In this document: positions 1 to 10,954 of the stretch, in pieces
How positions within the stretch are numbered: the stretch's first letter is position 1
Layout: each line of letters starts with the position of its first letter
Assembly: GCA_031370785.1 (NCBI GenBank)
Contig: JANMQY010000129.1
Location: 1-20,560 of the forward strand
DNA length: 20,560 bases
Reading direction: 5' to 3'
DNA from: Candidatus Eiseniibacteriota bacterium
GTDB lineage: Bacteria > Eisenbacteria > RBG-16-71-46
Made by a program: the position numbers and the translations under genes
The notes under the pieces: model-generated
Seen by the model: the letters and a program-made list of their open reading frames with translations, nothing else
Told to the model about the DNA's origin: nothing
Databases searched by the model: none

Positions 1-387
1 CACGCGGTCGCGGTCGGCTCGCCTATCTACTTCGACACCGTGAGCGCCCAGCTCAAGCTGGTCATGGATCGCTGCAACTGCGTGACCCCGCTGGTGCGCG
101 TTCCCGGCGGGGACTATGACTTCCGCCCGAAGTGGGCGCGCACGCGCCCCCGCGGGTTCGTGACCGCGTGCAGCGCCCAGCACACCAACGAGCTCGCCGA
201 GCGCAGCGTGCGCGGGTTCATGAAGTGGATCGGCGTGCGCTGGGAGGAGACCCTCGCCTATCAGCACGAGGACAACGACACCGGCAGCGTGGCCGCGCGG
301 CCCGAGCTGCTCGCGCGCGCGTGCCGCGGGGCGGCGGCTGATCGAAAGCGATCCGCTCGTTTCGCCGCCGCGCGCCGGGTAGGGTAG
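1..387 (+). CDS. Flavodoxin-fold NAD(P)H-dependent FMN reductase / iron-sulfur flavoprotein family protein, 5'-truncated by the window edge; probable frameshift near 320 (corrected stop 380-382)
   Basis: Frame 1 is open from base 1 and reads HAVAVGSPIYFDTVSAQLKLVMDRCNC, matching the family motif (G/A)SPxY...S(A/G)QxKxxxDR. Confidence 0.8.
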   Translation, partial: HAVAVGSPIYFDTVSAQLKLVMDRCNCVTPLVRVPGGDYDFRPKWARTRPRGFVTACSAQHTNELAERSVRGFMKWIGVRWEETLAYQHEDNDTGSVAARPELLARACRGAAADRKRSARFAAARRVG

Positions 388-390
388 AGT
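385..390 (+). promoter_or_regulatory. Candidate sigma70 -10 element (TAGAGT) for a leaderless transcript
   Basis: TAnnnT hexamer 6 nt before ATG 397; no Shine-Dalgarno sequence in front of that ATG. Confidence 0.4.
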
Positions 391-396
391 CCGCCC

Positions 397-1542
397 ATGG
401 ACTTTCTGCTCAGCGAAGAGCACCACCAGGTGCGCGCCATGGCGCGCAAGTTCGCCGACGAGGTCGTCGCGCCGCGTGCCCGCGATCTCGACGAGAACGA
501 GGAATTCCCCGCCGACATCGTGAAGCAGATGGGCGCCCTGGGCTTCATGGGCCTGCCCTATCCCGAGCAGTACGGTGGCGCGGGCATGGACACGCTCGCC
601 TATGCGATCGCGGTCGAAGAGATCTCGCGCGCATGCGCCTCGACCGGGATCACGCTCGCGGCTCACGTCTCGCTGGGCTGCGGCCCGGTCTACGCGAACG
701 GCACCGAGGAGCAGAAGATGAAGTTTCTGGTTCCGATGGCGAAGGGCGAGGCGATCGGCGCGTTCGGGCTGACCGAGCCCAACGCGGGGTCCGATGCGGC
801 GGGCACCGAGACCCGCGCCGAGAAGGTGCCGGGCGGATGGAAGGTCAACGGCTCGAAGATCTACATCACCAACGGCAGCGTCGCCCGGTTCGTGACCTTC
901 ACCGCGCGCACGGATGCGGGCAAGGGCACACGCGGCATCTCCGCGTTCATCATGGAAACTTCCTCGCCCGGCTTCAAGGTGGGGAAGAAGGAAAAGAAGA
1001 TGGGCCTGCGTGGCTCGGACACGGTGGCGCTCCACTTCGAGGATTGCTTCGTGCCCGAGGAGAACCTGCTCGGCGATCCGACCGGCGGGTTCACCGCGTT
1101 CATGAAGACGCTCACCGGCGGCCGTGTCTCGATCGGGGCGCTCGCGCTCGGCATCGCGCAGGGCGCGTTCGAGCACGCTGCCAGGTATTCGAAGGAGCGC
1201 AAGCAGTTCGGCAAGTCGATCAGTGAATTCCAGGCGGTGCAATTCATGCTCGCCGACATGGCGGTGAAGATCGAGGCGTCGCGCCTGCTGGTCTACCGCG
1301 CGGCGGTGCTCAAGGACGCCGGCAAGGATTTCGTGAAGGAAGCGGCGATGGCCAAGCTGTTCGCGAGCGAGTCGGCGAACTGGGTCACCGACAAGGCGAT
1401 TCAGATCTTCGGCGGGATGGGCTACTGCCGCGACGTGCCGGTCGAGCGCATGCACCGCGACGCCAAGCTCATGGAGATCGGCGAGGGCACCAGCGAGATT
1501 CAGCGCATGGTGATCGCCCGCGAGATCCTGCGGAGCGTGTGA
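397..1542 (+). CDS. Acyl-CoA dehydrogenase (short/branched-chain type), 381 aa
   Basis: [38 protein letters not shown] and [11 protein letters not shown] motifs; typical ACAD length. Confidence 0.97.
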   Translation: MDFLLSEEHHQVRAMARKFADEVVAPRARDLDENEEFPADIVKQMGALGFMGLPYPEQYGGAGMDTLAYAIAVEEISRACASTGITLAAHVSLGCGPVYANGTEEQKMKFLVPMAKGEAIGAFGLTEPNAGSDAAGTETRAEKVPGGWKVNGSKIYITNGSVARFVTFTARTDAGKGTRGISAFIMETSSPGFKVGKKEKKMGLRGSDTVALHFEDCFVPEENLLGDPTGGFTAFMKTLTGGRVSIGALALGIAQGAFEHAARYSKERKQFGKSISEFQAVQFMLADMAVKIEASRLLVYRAAVLKDAGKDFVKEAAMAKLFASESANWVTDKAIQIFGGMGYCRDVPVERMHRDAKLMEIGEGTSEIQRMVIAREILRSV

Positions 1543-2762
1543 GGGTGGGCGGCGCGCCGGGCACATCGGCCGCGACCATGCGTTGGGCGTCGGCCGCCTC
1601 GACCGCGCCGGACCCGGTCGAAGCCGCGGGTGAGGTCGCGGACTCCCTCAACACCGCGCTCGGCGAGGGCCCGCTCGACCTGCTGCTGGTCTTCCTCAGC
1701 GCGGCCCATGTCCCCGCGGCCGAATCCGTTCTCGACACCCTCAAGCTCCGGCTCGAGCCGCGCTGCGTGATCGGCGGCAGCGCGCGCGGGATCGTGACCG
1801 CGGTTCACGAGCTCGAGAACGAGCCCGCGATTTCCGCGATCGGCGCACGCCTTCCGGACGTCGGCATCCATCCGTTCGTGCTGATGAACGCCGGCTGGGC
1901 CGCGGCCTCTGAGGATGCGGTCGAGTTCGCGCGCCATGCGCCGCACGTGGCAGGGGCGGAGCTGGTGATCCTGCTCGGCGATCCGTTCTCGCTCGACGTC
2001 GAGCGCGTGCTGCGCGGATTCAACCGGTTTGCGCCCGGCGTGCGCGTGGTGGGCGGCATGGCCAGCGCCGGAGTGAGCCCGCACAGCAACGCGCTGATCC
2101 TCAACGACTGGGTGGCACGCGAAGGCGGCGTGGCGGTGGCGCTGAGTGGAGCACTGCGCGTGGACGTGGTGGTGTCGCAGGGGTGCCGCGCGATCGGCCC
2201 GCCGCTCGAGGTGACCCGCGCCGAGACCAACCTCGTGATCGAGCTGGACGGTCAGCCCGCGCTCGAGCGTGCCGAGCAGGTGTTGCGCGATCTTCCCGAC
2301 GCGGAGCGCGAACGCCTGGCCAACGGGCTCTACCTCGGCCGCCCGGCGCGCGGCGATGCTTCGGGCCGCGGCGACTACCTGATCCGCAATCTGCTCGGCG
2401 CCGACCGCGACCGCGGCATCCTCGCGGTGGGCGATCACGTGATCGCCCATGAGAAGGTGCGCCTGCACGTGCGTGACGCCGAGACCGCGCGAGAGGACCT
2501 GGAGATGCTGCTCACGCCCCAGGCGTTCGACTCGCACGCGAGCGCGGCGCTGCTGTTCGCCTGCAACGGGCGCGGCCGCGGGCTCTACGGGAGGCCCGAC
2601 GGCGACATCAAGCCGCTCGAAGAGGCCCTGGGCGGCGCCGTGCCGGCGGCCGGAATGTTCTGCGCCGGCGAGATCGGTCCGGTCGGCGAAAAGAACTTCC
2701 TGCACGGACATACGGCGAGCATCGCAATCGTTCGCGCGGGGGCGCGGCCGGCCGATCGCTGA
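1539..2762 (+). CDS. FIST N + FIST C domain sensory protein (NosP-like); start GTG 1539 or ATG 1578
   Basis: [32 protein letters not shown] and [10 protein letters not shown]...LHGHTA are FIST motifs. GTG 1539 overlaps the ACAD stop (GTGA). Confidence 0.92.
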   Translation: MRVGGAPGTSAATMRWASAASTAPDPVEAAGEVADSLNTALGEGPLDLLLVFLSAAHVPAAESVLDTLKLRLEPRCVIGGSARGIVTAVHELENEPAISAIGARLPDVGIHPFVLMNAGWAAASEDAVEFARHAPHVAGAELVILLGDPFSLDVERVLRGFNRFAPGVRVVGGMASAGVSPHSNALILNDWVAREGGVAVALSGALRVDVVVSQGCRAIGPPLEVTRAETNLVIELDGQPALERAEQVLRDLPDAERERLANGLYLGRPARGDASGRGDYLIRNLLGADRDRGILAVGDHVIAHEKVRLHVRDAETAREDLEMLLTPQAFDSHASAALLFACNGRGRGLYGRPDGDIKPLEEALGGAVPAAGMFCAGEIGPVGEKNFLHGHTASIAIVRAGARPADR

Positions 2763-2884
2763 GGCCCGAATAACAAAGTCTGGACGTGGCCCGGCGCCGA
2801 CGGTACGATCTTGCTCACCTCGGAATTCGTCAGTAGGGCCGCGCTCATTCACTCTTGCATTGGCATCCTCTGGAGCCTCCCCCC

Positions 2885-5674
2885 ATGCGCCGAGTCCCCC
2901 TGCTCGCCTGTCTGGTCTCCCTTGCCGCCGGCCTTCTCTCCATTCCCTCGCTGCTGACCCCACGAGCCACGCGCGCGGTCGGCGGACCCGATTTCGTCCA
3001 CTTCGAGAGCGGTCAGGTGCACCCGCTGGCGATCACACCGGACGGGAATCGGCTGCTGGTGCTCAACACGCCGGACAATCGGCTCTCGGTCTTCGATCTG
3101 ACCGGCCCGGCGCCCGTGCGCATCGCGGAGATCCAGGTCGGTCTCGAGCCGGTCTCGGTCGCGGCGCGCAGCAATGGCGAAGCGTGGGTCGTGAACAATC
3201 TCTCGGACGACGTGAGCATCGTGGACCTGACCACGATGCACGTCCGCGCCACGCTGCGTGTGGGAGATGAGCCGAACGACATCGCGTTCGCAGCGGGCAG
3301 GGCGTACGTCAGCGTTTCGCAGGAGGACGCGGTCAAGGCCTACGACCCGGCCAACCTCCAGGCCGCGCCGATCGTGATTCCGATTCCGGGCCGCATGCCG
3401 CGCGCGCTGGCGGCCAGCATCGACGGCGCGAACATCCTCGTCGATGTGTTCAATTCGGGCGGACAGGCGACGGTGCTGTCGGCGGCCGAAGCCGGGGACT
3501 CGCTGCCGCCGCCCAACCCGCCCAAGTCGGCTTCGTTGCCGGCCGCGCCCAAGGTCGGGCTGGTGGTCAAGAAGAACGCGGCGGGGAACTGGGTGGACCA
3601 GAGCGGCAAGCTCTGGAATTCGAAGATCAAATACGACGTTCCGATGAACGAGCTCGTTTACGTGAGCACCGCGACCAACACGGTGCTCAGCTCGCGCGGC
3701 GATATCGCCACCACCATGATGGGTCTCGCGATCGATCCGGTGAGCGGCTCCGCGGCGGTGACCGGCACGTTCGCCGACGTCGGGACTCGCATGCTGCCGA
3801 CGCTGCGCGGACGCATCACCGAGCAGCGCATGGCCATCGTTCCGAGCCGGGTCGCGCCGCAGACCAGGATCGGACTCAATCCGCACATCAACTACAACGT
3901 CGTGCCGGGGCCGCAGGCGGAGGGGGATTCCGCGCTCGGCATGCCGACCGGAGTCGCGTGGTCCGCGGACGGGCAGCGCATCTTCGTCGCCTCGATGGCG
4001 ACCAACAGGCTCGGCGTATTCAGCGCGGCGGGCGCGCTGCTCGCGCGCGTGCCGACGATCGAGGGGCCGACCGGCGTGATCGCCGATCCGACGCGCGGAC
4101 GCCTTTACGTGCTCGGGCGGTTCCACAACCAGATCCAGACTCTGTCGGCGAGCACGTTCGCCAGCGTTGCGCTCGCCGGGATCGGCTTCGATCCGACGCC
4201 GGATCCGATCGTGAACGGGCGGAAGTTCTTCTACGGCGGCTTCACCTCGGGGCATGGCGACCAGTCCTGCGCGAGCTGCCATCTGTTCGGCGACATGGAC
4301 AACCTGGTGTGGGATCTGGGCGAGCCGCAGGGCAGCATGGCGCCCGCTCCGCCCAATCAGGCTGATCCGCTGCTGCAGGGCTTCCACCCGATGAAAGGCC
4401 CGATGGCGACCCAGAGCCTGCGCGGGCTGCCCGGCACCGGACTCCTCCACTGGCGCGGGGACCGGGCCGATCTCAACGCATTCAATGGAGCGTTCGTGGA
4501 CCTGATGGGGCGCGCCGCGCAGCTCCCGGACTCCGAGATGCAGGCGATGAGCGCCTTCGTCATGCCGCTCGCCTATCCGCCGAACCCGAATCAGTTCCTC
4601 AACCGCACCATGCCCGACGCTCCGGCAGGGAAGGGCAGCGCGGTTCGCGGACAGAGTTTCTTCATGAACACCGTGGTCGACGGACCGCTGACCTGCAACG
4701 GTTGCCACACCGTGCCGACCGGCACTAATGGCCAGGTCATCGATCACTTCGCGCTGCAGGAATCCCAGGACATCAAGGTTCCGCAGCTGCGCAACCTGTA
4801 CAAGAAGACCGGCTTCAAGGACACCCTCGGCGTGGTCAACAAGCGCGGCTTCGGTTTCACTCACGATGGCGCGGTCGACAATCTCTTCAACTTCCTCAAG
4901 TTCCCTGGATTCAACTTCGGTTCGCAGCCCGCCGCGGATAACAGTCGCCGCGACGTCGAAGCATTCCTGCTGGCGTTCGACACCGGCCTGGCGCCCGCGG
5001 TCGGATATCAGATCACGTTCGATGGCACGAACAATTCCAACCCGACTTTGAACGCGCGCCTCGACACACTCGAAGCGCAGGCGGGCGCCGGCAATTGTGA
5101 CCTGATCGCGAAGGGTCTCTTCGGAACGACGCGGCGCGGCTGGGTCTACGAGGGCGCCGGTCTGTGGAAGCCGGATGTCATGGCCGGTCCCGCGCTGACA
5201 CGCGCCGAGCTTCTCGCGCAGGCCTCGGCGGGGCACGAGCTCACGGTGAGCGGCGTGCCCGCGGGAAGCGGCACGCGCATGGGCATCGATCGCGACCGGG
5301 ATGGCTTCCGCGACGGAGACGAGCTCGATGCCGGCACCGATCCCGGCAATCCGGCGTCGTTCCCGACCAACCTGGCGGTCGGACCGCCCGCATCCGGTTT
5401 CGGATTCAGCGGCGCGCGGCCCAACCCGTTCCGCGTCTCGACCGAAGTCGTATTCAGCCTCGGCCATGCCTCGCGCGTGAGCCTTGTCGTGTACGACGTA
5501 CTCGGGCGCGAAGTGAAGAGCATCGCGAAGGGTCTCTGGCTCACCGCTGGCCCGCAGCATCTGGCGTGGGACGGGCGCCGCACCGACGGAACATCGGCCG
5601 CCGCCGGCGTCTACTTCGTGAGGCTCGAGACCGACCACGGCCGTCGCGTCGCGCCAGTCGTGCGGATCCGGTAG
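2885..5674 (+). CDS. Secreted YVTN-type beta-propeller + di-heme cytochrome c peroxidase/MauG-like domain + Ca-binding acidic repeat + FlgD-Ig/T9SS-like C-terminal domain
   Basis: GGAG at 2872-2875 before ATG 2885. Signal-like N-terminus MRRVPLLACLVSLAAGLL. Propeller blades (VGLEPVSV, VVNNLSDDVSIVD, VGDEPNDI). CASCH 4268-4282 and CNGCH 4694-4708. TQSLRG, HWRGDR, KVPQLRN, HDG. DRDRDGFRDGDE..GTDP at 5288-5345. C-terminal PNPF...YDVLGREV...WDG...GVYFVRL. Confidence 0.88.
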   Translation: MRRVPLLACLVSLAAGLLSIPSLLTPRATRAVGGPDFVHFESGQVHPLAITPDGNRLLVLNTPDNRLSVFDLTGPAPVRIAEIQVGLEPVSVAARSNGEAWVVNNLSDDVSIVDLTTMHVRATLRVGDEPNDIAFAAGRAYVSVSQEDAVKAYDPANLQAAPIVIPIPGRMPRALAASIDGANILVDVFNSGGQATVLSAAEAGDSLPPPNPPKSASLPAAPKVGLVVKKNAAGNWVDQSGKLWNSKIKYDVPMNELVYVSTATNTVLSSRGDIATTMMGLAIDPVSGSAAVTGTFADVGTRMLPTLRGRITEQRMAIVPSRVAPQTRIGLNPHINYNVVPGPQAEGDSALGMPTGVAWSADGQRIFVASMATNRLGVFSAAGALLARVPTIEGPTGVIADPTRGRLYVLGRFHNQIQTLSASTFASVALAGIGFDPTPDPIVNGRKFFYGGFTSGHGDQSCASCHLFGDMDNLVWDLGEPQGSMAPAPPNQADPLLQGFHPMKGPMATQSLRGLPGTGLLHWRGDRADLNAFNGAFVDLMGRAAQLPDSEMQAMSAFVMPLAYPPNPNQFLNRTMPDAPAGKGSAVRGQSFFMNTVVDGPLTCNGCHTVPTGTNGQVIDHFALQESQDIKVPQLRNLYKKTGFKDTLGVVNKRGFGFTHDGAVDNLFNFLKFPGFNFGSQPAADNSRRDVEAFLLAFDTGLAPAVGYQITFDGTNNSNPTLNARLDTLEAQAGAGNCDLIAKGLFGTTRRGWVYEGAGLWKPDVMAGPALTRAELLAQASAGHELTVSGVPAGSGTRMGIDRDRDGFRDGDELDAGTDPGNPASFPTNLAVGPPASGFGFSGARPNPFRVSTEVVFSLGHASRVSLVVYDVLGREVKSIAKGLWLTAGPQHLAWDGRRTDGTSAAAGVYFVRLETDHGRRVAPVVRIR

Positions 5675-5703
5675 GGCTTACCGCTCGGCAACGCTCCACC
5701 GAT

Positions 5704-5759
5704 CGCGAACCGCGGGCGCTCATGCCCGAAATGGGCATGGGCGCCCGCGGACCTTCGCG
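5704..5759. terminator. Strong GC-rich hairpin downstream of the di-heme gene (terminator or stabiliser; no U-tract)
   Basis: 18-bp stem 5710-5727 / 5733-5750 with one G-U pair and loop GAAAT; extendable by CGCGAA 5704-5709 / TTCGCG 5754-5759. Confidence 0.55.
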
Positions 5760-5799
5760 CACGCCCGCGGCGCCGGATGCCTCCCCACGGCGCTTCGTG

Positions 5800-5805
5800 T
5801 AATAT
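5800..5805 (+). promoter_or_regulatory. Candidate -10 element (TAATAT) for the thiolase operon
   Basis: AT-rich TAnnnT hexamer in GC-rich intergenic DNA, 55 nt before ATG 5861 and just after the hairpin. Confidence 0.5.
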
Positions 5806-5860
5806 CCCTCCGCTTCGAACCAACTCCGCTCCACGTCACCCCGCTGCACGTGAGGTCTTC

Positions 5861-7952
<2,092 letters not shown>

Positions 7953-7956
<4 letters not shown>

Positions 7957-9143
7957 GCAAGGGAGCGCTGGCGGCCGCTGAAGGGCTCTCGTTCGAGCTC
8001 ACCGAGGATCAGCAGGCGGTGCGCGAGATGGTGCGTGATTTCGCCGAGAGCGAGATCCGCCCGATCGCGGCGAAGATCGACGAGTCCCACGAGTTCCCGA
8101 GCGACAACGTGAAGAAGATGGCCGAGCTCGGTCTGCTCGGCATGTTCGTGCCCGAGCAGTACGGCGGCGCGGGCATGGACTACATGTCGTACGTGATCGC
8201 GATCGAGGAGCTGTCGCGGGTGTGCGCGAGCCACGGTGTGATCGCCTCGGTCAACAACTCGCTGGTGTGTTACCCCCTGCTCGCCTACGGCAACGAGGCG
8301 CAGAAGAAGAAGTACCTGACCCCGCTCGCCAAGGGTGAGCTGCTCGGCGCCTACTGCCTGACCGAGCCCAACGCCGGCAGCAACGCGGCGAATCAACAGA
8401 CGGTGGCGTTACTCGAGGGCGACCACTTCGTGCTCAACGGCACCAAGCTGTTCGTCACCAACGCCGGCCCCTCCGACATTCTCATCGTGTACGCGGCGAC
8501 CGATCGCACACTCGGGGCCAAGGGCATCTCGGCGTTCATCGTCGAAGCGACCACGCCCGGCGTGAACAAAGGCAAGAAGGAGCTGAAGCTCGGCATCCAC
8601 GCCTCGGACACCCGCGAGATCGCGTTCGTCAACGCGCGCGTGCCGAAGGAGAACCTGCTCGGCGAGCTGAACAAGGGCTACGGCGTCGCGCTTGCCACGC
8701 TGGGTGGCGGCCGCATCGGCATTGCCGCGCAGGCGCTGGGCATCGCCGAGGCCGCGCTCCAGGCATCGGTGCGCTACGCAGGCGAACGCAAGCAGTTCGA
8801 CCGGACGATCGGTGAGTTCGACGCGATCCGGGCGATGCTCGCCGACAGCGCGGTCGAAGTGGAGACCGCGCGGCTACTGGTCTATCAGGCCGCGTGGCTG
8901 CGCGACATGGGGCGGCCGCACGTGAAGGAGGCCTCGCTCGCCAAGTGGCATGCCTCCGAAGCCGCGACCCGCTGCGCGAACTGGGCGATCCAGATCCACG
9001 GCGGCTACGGCTACCTCAGCGAATTTCACGTCGAGCGCTACTGGCGCGATGCGCGGATCTGCGAGATCTACGAAGGCACGAGTGAAGTCCAGAAGATGGT
9101 GGTGGCCGCACAGGTGCTCAAGGAGCACGCGGTCGAAATCTGA
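7953..9143 (+). CDS. Acyl-CoA dehydrogenase (short-chain/butyryl-CoA-like), 396 aa
   Basis: ATGA overlap with the hbd stop; [37 protein letters not shown]. Confidence 0.97.
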
Positions 9144-9164
9144 ACCCAGGGAGGAACCGTTGCG

Positions 9165-9548
9165 ATGAATCGTCCCGTGCGTCCCGTAGCGCTGATGATC
9201 CTGACTGCGTGCATGATCTATCCCGGCCTGACTTCGGTGTGGCAGGGACTGCATCCGCTCGTGACCGGCATGCCATTCAATCTGGTCGGGCAGGAAGGCC
9301 TGCTCATGGACACGGCGTACCGGCTTGGTCTGCCGATCTGGGTGCCGCTCGGCTACAAGACGCTGATCGGACTCGCCTGGCTCGGCGGAGTCCCGGGCCT
9401 CTGGGCCGGCGACTGGCGTGCCTATCCGCTCACGCTTCTCGCCGCCGCGGGTTCGCTCTTGCTGCCGGGCGGCCCGATGGTGATGGGCGTGATCGCCCTG
9501 ATCTGCCTGATCGGATTCCGCGAGGATGCCGAGAAGGTGCCAGCCTGA
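9165..9548 (+). CDS. Small hypothetical integral membrane protein, 127 aa
   Basis: GGAGG at 9150-9154; about four hydrophobic stretches; fills the gap between two ACAD genes; G/C-ending codons. Confidence 0.8.
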   Translation: MNRPVRPVALMILTACMIYPGLTSVWQGLHPLVTGMPFNLVGQEGLLMDTAYRLGLPIWVPLGYKTLIGLAWLGGVPGLWAGDWRAYPLTLLAAAGSLLLPGGPMVMGVIALICLIGFREDAEKVPA

Positions 9549-9555
9549 GTCCGCG

Positions 9556-10707
9556 ATGCAGCTCGACCTGACCCCGGACCAGATCGCGATCCGCGACGCG
9601 GTGCGCGATCTGTGCGTCCGGGAGTTCGCGCCGCATGCCACCCACTGGGATGCGGAAGGCGAAGTGCCTCACGCGGCCGTCAAGAAGCTCGCCGACCAGG
9701 GCTTCCTCGGCATGGCCATCCCCGAGGAGTGGGGCGGGCTCGGCTACGACTCGCGCACCATCACGATCGTGATCGAAGAGATCTCCCGGGTCTCGGCCTC
9801 TCTCGCGATCATGATCGCAGTGCACAACTCGGTCGGGTTGCTGCCAGTCTACCGCTTCGCCACCGACGAGCAGAAGAAGCGCTTCCTGCCGCGCCTCGTC
9901 TCGGAGGACATGAGCGCGTTCTCGCTCTCCGAGCCGGGCGCGGGCTCGGATGCCGGTGCGCTCGAGGCGACCGCGGTGCGCGACGACGGGCACTACGTAC
10001 TGAACGGCAGCAAGAACTGGGTGACGAACGGGCAGCGCGCCGGCGTGTATCTGATCTTCGCGCGCACGGACAAAGGCGGCGGGAGCCGTGGCATCTCGGC
10101 CTTCATCGTGGAGCGCGGCACTCCCGGGCTGGTGCTGGGCAAGCCGGAGGACAAGATGGGGCTGCGCGGCTCGGACACGATCGGACTCATCCTCGAGAAT
10201 CTGCGCGTTCCCGTCGGCAACCGGCTGGGCGCCGAGGGCGAAGGGTTCAAGATCGCCCTGAGCGCGCTCGATGCCGGCCGGATCGGCGTGGCCGCGCAGG
10301 CGCTCGGCGTCATGCGCGCGGCGCAGGAGGAGGCGGCGCGGTACGCGCAGCAGCGCGTGGCTTTCGGTGGACCGCTCGCGAAGATCCAGGCGATCCAGTT
10401 CAAGCTCGCCGAGATGGAGCGCCGCATTCAGTGCACGCGGCTGCTCATCCGGCGCTCGGCGTGGCTGCGAGACTCCGGCCAGCCGTTCGGGCGCGAAGCC
10501 GCAATGGCCAAGCTGTACGGGACCGAGGCCGCGACCTGGGTCACCCATCAGGCCATCCAGATCCACGGCGGCTACGGTTATGTGAAGGAGTATGCGGTCG
10601 AGCGGTACTACCGCGACGCGCGCATCATGGAGATCTACGAAGGCGCGAGCGAGATCCAGCGCCTGGTGATCGCGCGATCGCTGCTCAAGGACGGCGTGCG
10701 GGGCTAG
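9556..10707 (+). CDS. Acyl-CoA dehydrogenase, 383 aa
   Basis: [49 protein letters not shown]. Confidence 0.97.
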   Translation: MQLDLTPDQIAIRDAVRDLCVREFAPHATHWDAEGEVPHAAVKKLADQGFLGMAIPEEWGGLGYDSRTITIVIEEISRVSASLAIMIAVHNSVGLLPVYRFATDEQKKRFLPRLVSEDMSAFSLSEPGAGSDAGALEATAVRDDGHYVLNGSKNWVTNGQRAGVYLIFARTDKGGGSRGISAFIVERGTPGLVLGKPEDKMGLRGSDTIGLILENLRVPVGNRLGAEGEGFKIALSALDAGRIGVAAQALGVMRAAQEEAARYAQQRVAFGGPLAKIQAIQFKLAEMERRIQCTRLLIRRSAWLRDSGQPFGREAAMAKLYGTEAATWVTHQAIQIHGGYGYVKEYAVERYYRDARIMEIYEGASEIQRLVIARSLLKDGVRG

Positions 10708-10798
10708 CTGCACATAGCGCAGGCCCCACCCACCACGCCGCGATCCAGAAGAAATACCAGCACTCCCGGTACGCGGAATCGCATCCAAACTGTGGGCG

Positions 10799-10812
10799 CT
10801 GAAGCGCTTCAG
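10799..10812. promoter_or_regulatory. Perfect 14-bp palindrome CTGAAGCGCTTCAG, candidate operator
   Basis: Exact dyad symmetry in the intergenic region, about 70 bp upstream of the extended -10 element. Confidence 0.35.
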
Positions 10813-10880
10813 TGGCGCAGCACACATTCCGATGACTTCCGAGACGTGCGGGCACGGGTGGAGCCGGGGGCCCGCCGATC

Positions 10881-10889
10881 TGGTAGAAT
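10881..10889 (+). promoter_or_regulatory. Extended -10 promoter TGgTAGAAT for the DUF362 gene
   Basis: TGn plus a 5/6 match to TATAAT, 65 nt before ATG 10955. Confidence 0.6.
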
Positions 10890-10954
10890 CCCCGGTCCGC
10901 ATCGGCGGAGAGCGCTGGCCGCTCCCGTAACGCGACTTCACTCCCGAGGATCAC

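Noticed and set aside
2801..2815. Sigma54-like CGGTACGATCTTGCT upstream of the di-heme gene
   Set aside because: GG-to-GC spacing is 9 rather than the required 10; better read as a -10 hexamer (TACGAT).
2849..5638. 929-aa antisense ORF, and similar long shadow ORFs (1500-2963, 5720-6916, 9430-10941, 10685-11962, 13458-15107, 17821-19719)
   Set aside because: They lie opposite well-supported genes, are Arg/Ala/Gly-rich without motifs, and are expected from stop-codon scarcity in high-GC DNA.
2885..5674. Calling the di-heme protein hydrazine synthase or MauG
   Set aside because: Only the architecture is similar; no hzsA, mau or mbn partner genes are in the window.
10700..10830. Minus-strand aromatic peptide ECWYFFWIAAWWVGPALC in the intergenic region
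   Set aside because: No nearby start or RBS in that frame; it is the tail of a shadow ORF.
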